DNA of 59,198 nt from Bdellovibrio sp. (GTDB lineage: Bacteria; Bdellovibrionota; Bdellovibrionia; Bdellovibrionales; Bdellovibrionaceae), in the NCBI GenBank assembly GCA_046318155.1, contig JBKCUU010000113.1:1-59198 (forward strand). Direction: 5' to 3'. This document shows positions 19,270-28,751 of the stretch, piece after piece. Both the position numbers and the translations under genes were made by a program. The notes under the pieces were generated by a model. That model made no database searches and had not been told where the DNA came from. It saw only the letters and a program-made list of their open reading frames with translations. Each line of letters begins with the position of its first letter. The stretch's first letter is position 1.

Positions 19270-21012
19270 TTACTTCGCCAGCTCTTCTGCAAAAATCTTT
19301 TCGGTGATTTTCCAAAATTTATCTTGTTTTCTGACAATCACAAACGAAGGCAATCGAAACAGACGCTGGTACTTGATGACTTCTTGCGGAGATGTCAGTT
19401 CGACGGCCAGTTCAGGCCGGCGCAAGTGCGAACGTAAAAAATTAATGTTAAATTTTTTGATCGACGATGGGTTGTTGAAAAAGTGAGCCTCGCTCACATA
19501 CTCGCCGTTGAAATCGTAATACCTGATTTCAACATAAGAGTTTGAGTTTTTGTCTTTGCGTTCTTCAAAGGTAATGCGATCAGGAGTTAGGACATGCGCA
19601 TTTTTTGATAACTTAGCTTGCTTTAGCTTAGCATCAGCATCGATCAAGAGAGCATCACACTTTTCGCATTCGCGGCCCGTGACATCATTCTCAGCGCCAC
19701 ATTTGTGGCAAACTTTGAATCGAAACCGAAACCCACACGGCGTAATCTCATAAGTTTGCGGATCCTGCGAAGCGCCCTTACATTTGCGGCCATAGTGCTC
19801 AAGCACAACGCCGTCATCATCGGCGTAGCCCCAAAAATGATTTTCAAACGAGCAGGCGGGGCAGGGTACCAAGACCTGCACGGTGTCTTTCGCGGGACGC
19901 TTGTCGCTGATCTCAGGTGCATAAAGATCATGTCCCATGCCCGTATAATCCAAGATGTAGCAATCTTTTTTATCAGGCGATAATCGCAAGCCGCGTCCGA
20001 CAATCTGCTGGTAAAGGCTATTCGACTCTGTCGGGCGCAAGATAGCGATGACATCCACGTGAGGGGCATCAAACCCTGTTGTCAGAACCGAAACATTGAC
20101 CAGGTACTTAAATTTTTTGAGCTTAAAGTCATTTATGATTTGGTTTCGCTCAGCAATATCGGTGTCACCCAAAACAAGGCGTGCATCTTCGGGAGGAAGG
20201 TAGCTCATGATCTCTTCGGCGTGGCGGATCGTGCTGCTAAAAATCATCACGCCTTTTCGGTCATAGCGCGCTGTAATGTCGATAATATTCTTAATGATAA
20301 AAGGAGTCAGACGCTTTTGGCTCTTGAGAACCTCTTCGACTTCGGCTGCTGTAAAAGGACGGTCGTTATCGGTCAGCTCCGAAAAGTCATAAGACGTCAC
20401 GGGAATATCGACCTTCACGGGGACGGTCAAAAAGCGATTCCGAATCATGTACGACAGAGGCAGCTCAAAAACACATTGCTTAAAAAAGCGCTTCTTGTCC
20501 GTCTTGATCTCGCCGATTTGGTTATACTCATAAATCCAGCCGAGGCCCAGTCGGTAAGGCGTTGCCGTCAGACCTAAAATGCAAAGCTCGGAATTGCGCT
20601 CAAGTAATTTTTTGATGACGTCTTGGTACTGCGTACTTCCTTCTTCGGCCACGCGGTGACATTCATCAATAACTAGGAGGGAAAAATTGTTAAAAAAATC
20701 ATCGGGGGCCCGAGCAACCGATTGGACGCTGCCAAAGATGGCCTTTTCGTCCCAATCTTTTTTGCCGAGGCTGGCCGAAAAGATCCCCGCCGAGAGTCCA
20801 TAGCTTTTGTACTTCTCATGATTTTGCTCGACGAGCTCTTTGACGTGAGCCAAAACCAAGACCCGCCCTTTTGCAATTCGGGCGAGCTCTGCGATAACCA
20901 AACTCTTCCCGGCTCCTGTCGGCAAGACGATCACCGCAGGTTGACGCTTCTTTTGAAAATACTTGACCGCATTGTTCACGGCCTGCTGTTGATATTCTCG
21001 AAGTTCGTACAT
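19270..21012 (-). CDS. radD: SF2 DNA repair helicase RadD/YejH
   Basis: LPTGAGKS, DECH, TATP, LTTGFDAP, QIVGRGLR and a C-terminal Cys zinc finger. Confidence 0.9.
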   Translation of the reverse strand: MYELREYQQQAVNNAVKYFQKKRQPAVIVLPTGAGKSLVIAELARIAKGRVLVLAHVKELVEQNHEKYKSYGLSAGIFSASLGKKDWDEKAIFGSVQSVARAPDDFFNNFSLLVIDECHRVAEEGSTQYQDVIKKLLERNSELCILGLTATPYRLGLGWIYEYNQIGEIKTDKKRFFKQCVFELPLSYMIRNRFLTVPVKVDIPVTSYDFSELTDNDRPFTAAEVEEVLKSQKRLTPFIIKNIIDITARYDRKGVMIFSSTIRHAEEIMSYLPPEDARLVLGDTDIAERNQIINDFKLKKFKYLVNVSVLTTGFDAPHVDVIAILRPTESNSLYQQIVGRGLRLSPDKKDCYILDYTGMGHDLYAPEISDKRPAKDTVQVLVPCPACSFENHFWGYADDDGVVLEHYGRKCKGASQDPQTYEITPCGFRFRFKVCHKCGAENDVTGRECEKCDALLIDADAKLKQAKLSKNAHVLTPDRITFEERKDKNSNSYVEIRYYDFNGEYVSEAHFFNNPSSIKKFNINFLRSHLRRPELAVELTSPQEVIKYQRLFRLPSFVIVRKQDKFWKITEKIFAEELAK

Positions 21013-21100
21013 GCGGCTATTTTATGATGATTTTGACAGAGTTTTGCACCTTAAAAATGAGTTTCAGTTTTCTTAACTTCTATGAATAATAGAGATTATC

Positions 21101-22492
21101 ATGAGTGAGCTCAAAATTTCTCGAATTCTGCATGCTGGTTATGTTTTTGAACGTCAGAACAGACGAATCGCTTTTGACCCAATTTTAGAGAACCCTTTCA
21201 GCCAAAATTGCCATGCGTTTCCGCAGGTTCGCTTCGACCAAGTAGAGATTTCTAAGCTTAAGTTAGACGCCGTGTTTATTTCGCACCACCACGACGACCA
21301 TTGCTCTTTAGAGAGCCTGGTGCAACTTGATCGCAGGACGCCCATTTTTTTGTATTGCCAGCACGAAGCGCTCTTTGACTGGATCCGAGAGCTTGGTTTT
21401 CTTTCTGTTCAGGAACTTCGAATTGATCAAGCAGTCTGCATCGGCAGCTTTGAGGTTGTGCCGAGACGAGCCCTTGATGCGGAGGTGGATTCGATGTTTC
21501 AGATTCGGACTGATGGTCTTAATATTCTTAATGTTGTCGACTCGTGGATCGATGATGAAACACTTAAGCTCTTGGTCAATCAAGGTCCGTGGGATTTGAT
21601 TCTGTGGCCTTTTCAGACGATGCGAGAGATCGAGGTGCTTTCGCCATCTCGTGCAGAGCCGCCGCCGCCGCCGCCGCCGCCCACAGGGCATCTTCCACCG
21701 GAGTGGATTCACCAGCTCAGAGCCTTAAATCCTCGAAGACTCGTTCCGAGCTCCTGCCAGTTCTTGCAAGAGGAATGGTCCTGGTACAACCGGGCTTTTT
21801 TTCCGATTTCGTATTTGCAGTTTCAAAAAGAAATCGAGCTGGCACTACCACACTGCGAAGTTGTACGCCTGAACCCCGGAGTCAGCATCAGTTTGAGCGC
21901 GGAATCAATGAAGTTCGCAAAACCGCTGAGTTGGGTTGTTCCGGTCGGTGAGCAAGACGTCGACTATGAATTTGATCCACATGCCACGCCAACGCCAACC
22001 GGTGAAATTGCCAAAAAATTCGCTCCGCTAACGCCAGAGCAGACGGCACGCGTGCGCCGGTATTGCGAAGTTGGTTTGGTTGATAAATCTGAGTCACTTC
22101 ATCCACCCGAAGATCACTACTTCAGAACACCGCGGACTTGGCGGTTGCAAGTTTTTGACGACGAGGGTCAGGCGGCAACCTTCTTTTACCGTGTGATGCA
22201 AAATGGACTCAAAAGACTGCCTGTCCATGAAGGCCCGCTTGGCTGGACGACAGATATCCCCATGGCGAAGCTGCTGGCCGGTATAGAGAATGGTGAATCG
22301 CTGACGTCAATGTACATTCGAGTTAACGATCATATTTTTGATGCAGATGTTGAAAAAGAAATTTCATCGGTCGATGTTCTTGAGGACCCGTTGATTCGGT
22401 GCCTCTTTTCGGGGTCGTTCGGGGCTTATCAATGGGCACAACTCTGCCGTCTACGAAGAAAGAGCTCAAATCAAAGTTGCGTGACGAGATAA
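21101..22492 (+). CDS. MBL-fold metallo-hydrolase
   Basis: HAG, FDP, SHHHDDH metal motif. Confidence 0.75.
   Translation: MSELKISRILHAGYVFERQNRRIAFDPILENPFSQNCHAFPQVRFDQVEISKLKLDAVFISHHHDDHCSLESLVQLDRRTPIFLYCQHEALFDWIRELGFLSVQELRIDQAVCIGSFEVVPRRALDAEVDSMFQIRTDGLNILNVVDSWIDDETLKLLVNQGPWDLILWPFQTMREIEVLSPSRAEPPPPPPPPTGHLPPEWIHQLRALNPRRLVPSSCQFLQEEWSWYNRAFFPISYLQFQKEIELALPHCEVVRLNPGVSISLSAESMKFAKPLSWVVPVGEQDVDYEFDPHATPTPTGEIAKKFAPLTPEQTARVRRYCEVGLVDKSESLHPPEDHYFRTPRTWRLQVFDDEGQAATFFYRVMQNGLKRLPVHEGPLGWTTDIPMAKLLAGIENGESLTSMYIRVNDHIFDADVEKEISSVDVLEDPLIRCLFSGSFGAYQWAQLCRLRRKSSNQSCVTR
21658..21681 (+). repeat. (GCC)8 trinucleotide tract encoding Pro8
   Basis: Seven CCG codons plus CCC in the MBL frame. 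Confidence 0.9.
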
Positions 22493-22794
22493 AGAGTGAC
22501 GAGTCCAAATCCAATCGTTGCAAGCGTACTTCGCGTCAAAAAACTCACGATTGTTGCTAATATCAAAACTACCAACCGTTCTTTTCCGCCGGCCCAGGCG
22601 ACTTGACCTTGATGAAAAAAGACAGCGGGTGCAATAAACGCCGGAAGAATCGCGGCCGGAATAAACGAGAAAAATTCTTTGGTGCGATCCGAAATCTTGA
22701 TTCGCGAGGAGATCGCAATAATCGAGAAGCGAATCGCGAAGGTCCCGATGGCCAGGCAAACAACGATTGTCCAGAAGTAGGCCTGCGAGATCAT
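22471..22794 (-). CDS. azlD: AzlD-family branched-chain amino acid exporter small subunit
   Basis: GTFAIRFS, FIPAAILPAFIAP; overlaps the azlC stop. Confidence 0.85.
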   Translation of the reverse strand: MISQAYFWTIVVCLAIGTFAIRFSIIAISSRIKISDRTKEFFSFIPAAILPAFIAPAVFFHQGQVAWAGGKERLVVLILATIVSFLTRSTLATIGFGLVTLYLVTQL

Positions 22795-23480
22795 GGCGCC
22801 GCCTTCTTGCCAATGAGAATCGCACCAAATCCCACAGCCAGCACCGCTGTCAGCACGAGCCCCAACCTGTAAGGAATTTGACTCAGCAATATTGAAGTTA
22901 CTGACGAGAAGACCGCGACCAGAAAATAATATTTGTTTTTAAGTGTGGGAATGACCAAGGCAATAAAACTCAGAGGAACGGCATAGTCAAGAGCCCAGGT
23001 AGCGGGCGCAAAGTTACCAAAAACAAATCCCGCAACAACAGATGAGTTCCAGACAAGCATCATGCAAGCAGCCGTTCCAAAGTAGAAAGAGAGTGTCTCG
23101 GTCTTCGTTTTCAACTTATGCTGATGCGCTGACATGACTGCATAGCTCTGATCCGTCAGCGTAAATGCGCAAGCAACTTTAGTCAGAAGCGGCGTCTGGC
23201 TTAAAAGGGGCGAGATCGCAGCACTATAAAGAATGAACCGCAAGTTAATAACTAAACCCGTCGCGACGACAATAAACCCCGCTGCGTTTTGCATCATCAA
23301 TTCGGTCGCAGCCAATTGGGAAGCGCCGGCATAAACCAGCAGATTCATAGACATCGTTTGAAAAAAACTGAACTTTGCTTCAGAGCAAAGAGTTCCGACG
23401 ACGGCACCAAACGGAATGATCCCGGTTGTTATAGGTAAAATCGAACGCAAGCCAAAATTAAAAGCGGATCCTGGTTTCAC
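22791..23480 (-). CDS. azlC: AzlC-family exporter permease
   Basis: YAGASQLA, INLRFILYS, LTDQSYA; GTG start at VKPGS preferred. Confidence 0.88.
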   Translation of the reverse strand: MKPGSAFNFGLRSILPITTGIIPFGAVVGTLCSEAKFSFFQTMSMNLLVYAGASQLAATELMMQNAAGFIVVATGLVINLRFILYSAAISPLLSQTPLLTKVACAFTLTDQSYAVMSAHQHKLKTKTETLSFYFGTAACMMLVWNSSVVAGFVFGNFAPATWALDYAVPLSFIALVIPTLKNKYYFLVAVFSSVTSILLSQIPYRLGLVLTAVLAVGFGAILIGKKAAP

Positions 23481-23667
23481 GGTCAGAGAAGAGTCATCTA
23501 AGAGCAGTTGAAAGGCAACAACTACCGAAAAGAGGGTCAGGTCAAGAGCATGGTTGTGTGTTTGTGTGCGTCTATACAGTTGTTGCATAAGATGGTATCT
23601 TTGGAGAATAAAAATACAGGGTGGAATCGAAAGCCGCGCGCGTGGTCCCCTGTGAGTGGAGAACGAT

Positions 23668-24207
23668 ATGCTGACATATCTTGGACTTGGTTTTTTTGCA
23701 CTGACGATCCTTTTTTTCGTTTTCGTTGCGACCCGTAATGGCAAGTTTCGCTATGAGCGCAGTGGTGTCATCAATGCGGCTCCTGAAGCAATTTTTCCGT
23801 ATATCAGCAATCTCAAGTTAGGCGGTCAGTGGTCTCCGAGCGAAATAAAAGACCCCAATATGAAAAAAGTGTTCTCGGGACCCGCAGATCAAGCGGGGGG
23901 AAAAATGGCATTTGAAGGCAATCGAGATGCGGGTTCGGGCAGCGTCGAGATTCTGAAGGTAGTTAAAAACCAGCGCGTTGACTTAAGTTTAAAAATGATC
24001 AAGCCCTTCAAAGCCGACAATCTTGTTGAGTACACTCTCATGCCCGTGGCTTCTGGTGGGACACGCTTGACTTGGACCATGAGTGGTGAAGGCGGGTTCA
24101 TGGGTAAGCTTGTTGTTGTCATGATTGATTGGGAAAAAGTAGTTGGTGATGAGTTTGTTCGCGGGATCGAAAATCTTAAAGTTCTGATCGAGAAACCTCA
24201 GTCATGA
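23668..24207 (+). CDS. SRPBCC/polyketide-cyclase family protein
   Basis: N-terminal TM; FRYERSGVINAAPE, WSP, TRLTWTM. Confidence 0.8.
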   Translation: MLTYLGLGFFALTILFFVFVATRNGKFRYERSGVINAAPEAIFPYISNLKLGGQWSPSEIKDPNMKKVFSGPADQAGGKMAFEGNRDAGSGSVEILKVVKNQRVDLSLKMIKPFKADNLVEYTLMPVASGGTRLTWTMSGEGGFMGKLVVVMIDWEKVVGDEFVRGIENLKVLIEKPQS

Positions 24208-24494
24208 AACGCATTGTTTGGTGTGAAGGCAATCGGCTGGGCGAGATTTCTGATTGGTCGATGACAGATCGGCCTGCTGAAAAGCGCATGGTGCTTGGCA
24301 AAGAGATTTTAATGCCTAAACCAAAAGATCAATGTCATTTTGTTTCGCCCAAGCCCATTCATTGGAAGAAAAAAGTCTGGGTCATCGAAGACGGACAAAT
24401 CAAATACACGCTCGGTGAATTAAAAGTTCAACACGGCACAAATGTGACCGCGACGGTGATGACGATCGAGAGAATCGCATCAACCAGTTCTTAA
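24204..24494 (+). CDS. Hypothetical protein
   Basis: ATGA overlap with the upstream gene; no motif recognised. Confidence 0.5.
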   Translation: MKRIVWCEGNRLGEISDWSMTDRPAEKRMVLGKEILMPKPKDQCHFVSPKPIHWKKKVWVIEDGQIKYTLGELKVQHGTNVTATVMTIERIASTSS

Positions 24495-24621
24495 ATCTTT
24501 TTCGCGAATACAGATTTTAGATTAATGACGCCCGGGACATCAAATCATATTCCTCTGATTTCAAATGCGGTTGCCGACTCAAACGTTGCGGTCCACCTCC
24601 AAGGTAATTTACACTATTTGA

Positions 24622-25560
24622 ATGAGTAAAAGAAGTCCCAAGCGTGTGTCCCAGAAATCAACCGTCCGCGCATTTCTAAAAGATTTAAGGTTAGTTTTTG
24701 AGCTCCCGGTCAAAAAGGTGCATGCATCTTTGGTGGTTGCGGAGTACCCGTTTGATGCCCAACTTTTAACGCTGAGCCGTCTTTACCGTCAGAGCCGTAA
24801 GCTTTACCTTTCTTTGGGCGGAAAATTTGCTCCTCGAGTTTGTTCGACAATGAGGTCTTTGAGTTCTCAAGATCTTTTTAAGAATCATATTGAATATAGT
24901 CCGCTGCTCTCTGAGATGGCTTGGTTTAAAGACCACTCTCACGAAGTTGTGGATCCCGAAGTTTTGATGAATCTGATGGCCTGCTACGGTGAAATTTCAC
25001 TGTTTCACGAACAAAATCACCGCGTCGTTTGGCAGCTCTTGCCGACGGCTCCTCGTGAAGAGCGGGATTTCTGCCGTTATATGAATTTTGCTGAAAGCCT
25101 TGTGGTTACTTTGGATCTTGCCCTTGGCGACGATCTTGGACCTCAGTTCTCTCCGGTTTTTGAGCGATTAAAAGCCATCTACCGCCCGGGCGGGGAAGAC
25201 AAATGGTTTTGTTCGTCAAAAAAAGAGTACCGACAATACCTTCATGCAGTCCTTTTTGTGACGTACATGATTTTGGAGCTCATTGATCCGCGGGATATTC
25301 CAGATGCTCTTGACTACGTCGTTCCAGACCTAAAAAAGAGAAACGTGGATGCGTTGAAGCGCGGCCTTGAATTGAGTGAACTCTTTACGATGAACACCAA
25401 TCGACAGTGGCAGCAAAGATTTTGGAAATTAGCTCAAGAACGCTTAGCAGAAGTGCACAAAAATTCACCTGAAGATCCGCTGTACTTGCCTGAGGATCCT
25501 TTGGATTTCGAAGAGGAATTTGTCATTGCAAACCGGGTCTTTGATTACTATGGCCTCTAA
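24622..25560 (+). CDS. Hypothetical protein with HExxH motif
   Basis: 312-aa ORF; FHEQNHR followed by FAESLV. Confidence 0.65.
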   Translation: MSKRSPKRVSQKSTVRAFLKDLRLVFELPVKKVHASLVVAEYPFDAQLLTLSRLYRQSRKLYLSLGGKFAPRVCSTMRSLSSQDLFKNHIEYSPLLSEMAWFKDHSHEVVDPEVLMNLMACYGEISLFHEQNHRVVWQLLPTAPREERDFCRYMNFAESLVVTLDLALGDDLGPQFSPVFERLKAIYRPGGEDKWFCSSKKEYRQYLHAVLFVTYMILELIDPRDIPDALDYVVPDLKKRNVDALKRGLELSELFTMNTNRQWQQRFWKLAQERLAEVHKNSPEDPLYLPEDPLDFEEEFVIANRVFDYYGL

Positions 25561-25598
25561 TTCTATGGTTCTAGGGCCGGTTTGGGCCGGGAGATTTT

Positions 25599-26132
25599 TT
25601 GCTTTATCGATTTAATTTGGATTTTTCTGACGTCGATCGAGGAGTCTATGAAACTCTCGATTTTCGGGCTATGCAGCACCCCTCCGAATCCGTGCCGTAT
25701 CTTTTAACACGTGTTCTCGCCTTTGCGCTCAGCCACCAGGAGGGACTCGAGTTTTCTCCAGCAGGGCTTGGCGATCCCGAGCTTCCCGCGATCCGCCTAC
25801 TGGGTGCTCATGGAGTTGTCGACCTTTGGATTGAAATCGGAAACCCTTCAGCCCGCAAACGGCATAAAGCCGGAAAGACGGCAAAGAAGGTAGTGGTTTA
25901 TACCTATAAAAGTCCCGACGTCTTGTTAAAAGAGATTGCCGATAACGAGGTCCATCGTGCCCGTGAAGTCGAAATCTACTCCTTTGATCCAAAATTCTTA
26001 ACCGAGCTCGAAGGCTTGCTCGGAAAAAGCAATCGTTGGTCAGTCTTGCATCAGCAAGGTCGCCTCGACATCGAGAGTGGTGGCACCTCGGTCTCGGGTG
26101 AGGTCCGCGCGCATATCACCCATGTGTCTTAA
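25599..26132 (+). CDS. yaeQ: YaeQ family protein
   Basis: SDVDRGVYE, QHPSES, LWIEIGNP. Confidence 0.9.
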   Translation: MLYRFNLDFSDVDRGVYETLDFRAMQHPSESVPYLLTRVLAFALSHQEGLEFSPAGLGDPELPAIRLLGAHGVVDLWIEIGNPSARKRHKAGKTAKKVVVYTYKSPDVLLKEIADNEVHRAREVEIYSFDPKFLTELEGLLGKSNRWSVLHQQGRLDIESGGTSVSGEVRAHITHVS

Positions 26133-26190
26133 GGGAGGCATGAGAAGTACGTATCACACTCTATGGGGTGCACGGAAGTGCATTGACTTC

Positions 26191-26841
26191 TTAGATCTGG
26201 AGTTGCCGAAACTGATTGGTGCTCTCATCGAGTTCCCACAATTGTCCGCGCTCGAGATCAAAATAAACTCCGATGACATTGAGCTGACGAGTCTCGATGG
26301 CTTCTTTCACAAATGGGAAGCTGTGCAAATTTCGGATCGAAACTTTAATAGATTCCATTTCGGCTAAGCGCCATTGAGTTTCCTCATCCGCACCGCCATG
26401 TTCTGCCAAAACGATATCGCGGGCGTCTTTTGCGATTCGCATCCAAGAGCTCACAAAGGGGCCTGAATTTTCGGAAGGTCCACGCATCAGAGCGCGGATC
26501 CCACCGCATTGACGGTGGCCCAGAATAATCACGTTCTCGACTTTAAGATTAACCACTGCAAATTCGATGGCCGAACTTGTTCCGTGAAAGCCAGTCATTT
26601 GTGTTTCGCAAGGCGGGACCAAATTCGCCACGTTGCGAACAATAAAAAGTTCACCAGGAGATGCACCGGTCAAAATGGCCGGGTCGACTCGTGAGTCACT
26701 ACAGCCGATCAAAAGAGTTCGCGGTGTTTGACCCGACGAGGCCAAACGCGTGTAGACAGAGGTGTCGGGATCGTCTTGGAGAAAGTACTTCTCTCGAAAA
26801 CGTCGAAAACCGACGATGAGTCGAAAAATCGCTTTATTCAT
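26191..26841 (-). CDS. Beta-class carbonic anhydrase
   Basis: GCSDSRV, RNVANLVPP, LGHRQCGG. Confidence 0.93.
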   Translation of the reverse strand: MNKAIFRLIVGFRRFREKYFLQDDPDTSVYTRLASSGQTPRTLLIGCSDSRVDPAILTGASPGELFIVRNVANLVPPCETQMTGFHGTSSAIEFAVVNLKVENVIILGHRQCGGIRALMRGPSENSGPFVSSWMRIAKDARDIVLAEHGGADEETQWRLAEMESIKVSIRNLHSFPFVKEAIETRQLNVIGVYFDLERGQLWELDESTNQFRQLQI

Positions 26842-27050
26842 GTTTAGCCTGAGTCGACCATGGCTGCTTTCAAATTTCAATGAATCCCGCAAAGAGTCAG
26901 GATTTCTAGTGACCAGTTTCGAAAACAGCCATACACCCAGGTAAATGTGCGCTACAAGAATTTCATGGGTAGCGTCGAGCTCTCATTCAAGGCAAGGCTC
27001 ACCTCGAGAAGGCTCTGAAGTTTTTAGAAAAACCAGAAAAGGATCACGTT

Positions 27051-27554
27051 ATGAAAACAATTTTGCAAATGAGTCCCTCTCTCTTGCAGTGGAAAATGCA
27101 GTCGCCGGTCGGTCCGCTCTATTTGGTTGCCTCTGAATCAGGCCTTCAAGGTGTCTTCTGGAAAAAACAATTAGCGACAATGACCCATTCACTTCAAACA
27201 AGAGACCCAGCTACACAACACATCGTGCAAGCGCTTAAGCAATTGCAGGAGTACTTCCGAGGTGATCGACGGGAGTTTGATTTGCAGCTTGAAGTTAAAG
27301 GAACTGAATTTCAGAAAAAAGTTTGGGGGCAACTCGCAAAAATCCCATACGGACAAACTCAGTCTTACCGAGATGTGGCGCAAAAAATTAAACAAGAAAA
27401 AGCTTTTCGCGCTGTTGGGACGGCAAATGGCCGCAATCCCCTGAGTATCATCGTCCCTTGTCATCGAGTCATAGCAGCGGATGGAACCCTTGGCGGTTAT
27501 GCCGGGGGTCTCAAGATAAAAAATCATCTGCTCGCCCTCGAGCGTCAGAGTTAA
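27051..27554 (+). CDS. ogt: Methylated-DNA-protein-cysteine methyltransferase
   Basis: GTEFQKKVW, IPYG, RAVGTANGRNP, PCHRV active site. Confidence 0.93.
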   Translation: MKTILQMSPSLLQWKMQSPVGPLYLVASESGLQGVFWKKQLATMTHSLQTRDPATQHIVQALKQLQEYFRGDRREFDLQLEVKGTEFQKKVWGQLAKIPYGQTQSYRDVAQKIKQEKAFRAVGTANGRNPLSIIVPCHRVIAADGTLGGYAGGLKIKNHLLALERQS

Positions 27555-28606
27555 GAATTTATTTTAGGATAATCGGTGTAGCCTCGAGCGCCAGCAGTGT
27601 AGAACGTACTGGAATTTGGCGGAGTCAGGGGGGCTTTGATTTTGAGTCGCTCGGCTAAATCTGGATTCGAAATGTAAAGAGAGCCAAAAGAAACAAGATC
27701 GGCCTGGTTCCTATCGAGCAAATCCTGAGCAAGTTCAGCGTTCAGTCCTTGGTTGGCAATCACCAAGCCACCAAATTCTTTTTTAAGCTCGGGGGTGAGA
27801 TAATTCTCTCCCTGTCTTTCGCGAATAAACAAGAAAGCAAGTTTTCGTTTTCCAAGTTCACGCGCCAAATAGGTAAAAGTCTCGCGTGGGTTGCCATCGC
27901 TCATAGAGTTTGAATCACTGCGAGGCGAGAGGTGAAAACCAACACGGTCGGCGGGCCAAAGAGTTAAGATCGCATCAACGACCTCAAGAGCAAAGCGGGC
28001 TCTGTTCTCGATGGGGCCACCATATTGATCCGTGCGTTGGTTTGATCCACTTTGAAGAAATTGATCAACCAAGTATCCATTTGCACCGTGAATCTCAACA
28101 CCGTCAAAACCCGCGCATTTCGCGTTTTCGGCAGCCTTGCGATACTGCTCAATGGCCAGTTTTACTTCCGCCGTAGAGAGCGCGCGTGGAGTGACGAACT
28201 GGCGTTGGGGTCTAACCAAACTGACGTGTCCCTCGGCGGCGATCGCGCTCGGAGCAACGGGGAGTTCCCCGTTCAAAAACATCGGATCAGAAATACGGCC
28301 CACATGCCAAAGCTGCAAAAATATTCTAGAACCGCGTTCCTGCACGGCTGCGGTAATTTTTTTCCACCCGAGAACTTGTTCCTTGGACCAGATCCCGGGG
28401 GTGTCCGCGTACCCGACACCCATCGGAGTCACGGCCGTGGCTTCGGTCAAAATAAATCCTGCTCCAGCCCGCTGAGCATAATATTCTTTCATCAGATCAT
28501 TGGGCTGCCGTTCGGTCCCGGCGCGACTACGAGTCAGCGGGGCCATGACAATGCGGTTCTTGAGCGTCAAATCTCCCATTCGAATTTCATCAAACAGCGT
28601 TTTCAT
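27551..28606 (-). CDS. Old-yellow-enzyme family alkene reductase (NemA-like)
   Basis: MAPLTRSRA, QLWHVGR, EIHGANGYL, NQRTDQYGG. Confidence 0.92.
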   Translation of the reverse strand: MKTLFDEIRMGDLTLKNRIVMAPLTRSRAGTERQPNDLMKEYYAQRAGAGFILTEATAVTPMGVGYADTPGIWSKEQVLGWKKITAAVQERGSRIFLQLWHVGRISDPMFLNGELPVAPSAIAAEGHVSLVRPQRQFVTPRALSTAEVKLAIEQYRKAAENAKCAGFDGVEIHGANGYLVDQFLQSGSNQRTDQYGGPIENRARFALEVVDAILTLWPADRVGFHLSPRSDSNSMSDGNPRETFTYLARELGKRKLAFLFIRERQGENYLTPELKKEFGGLVIANQGLNAELAQDLLDRNQADLVSFGSLYISNPDLAERLKIKAPLTPPNSSTFYTAGARGYTDYPKINS

Positions 28607-28751
28607 AACGCTAGGCTCTACCAATCCTGCCACGGGAATCAACACTCTTTCTGAAATCGTCTTTCTTTAGTTTTCGAAAGCACCCCAGCTTTCGAGCAGT
28701 ATAGTCAGGATCGCTCTAACAATTGGGCTCAGGCCGTGATAGTTAAGCTTT

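Noticed and set aside
20059..20577. 172-aa + strand ORF and similar nested ORFs throughout the track
   Set aside because: Antisense or out-of-frame shadows of well-supported genes
19270..21012. Helicase as part of an anti-phage defence system
   Set aside because: Motifs and zinc finger match housekeeping RadD/YejH; no nuclease or methylase partner adjacent
28052..28654. 200-aa + strand ORF
   Set aside because: Antisense to the clearly conserved alkene reductase; no motifs
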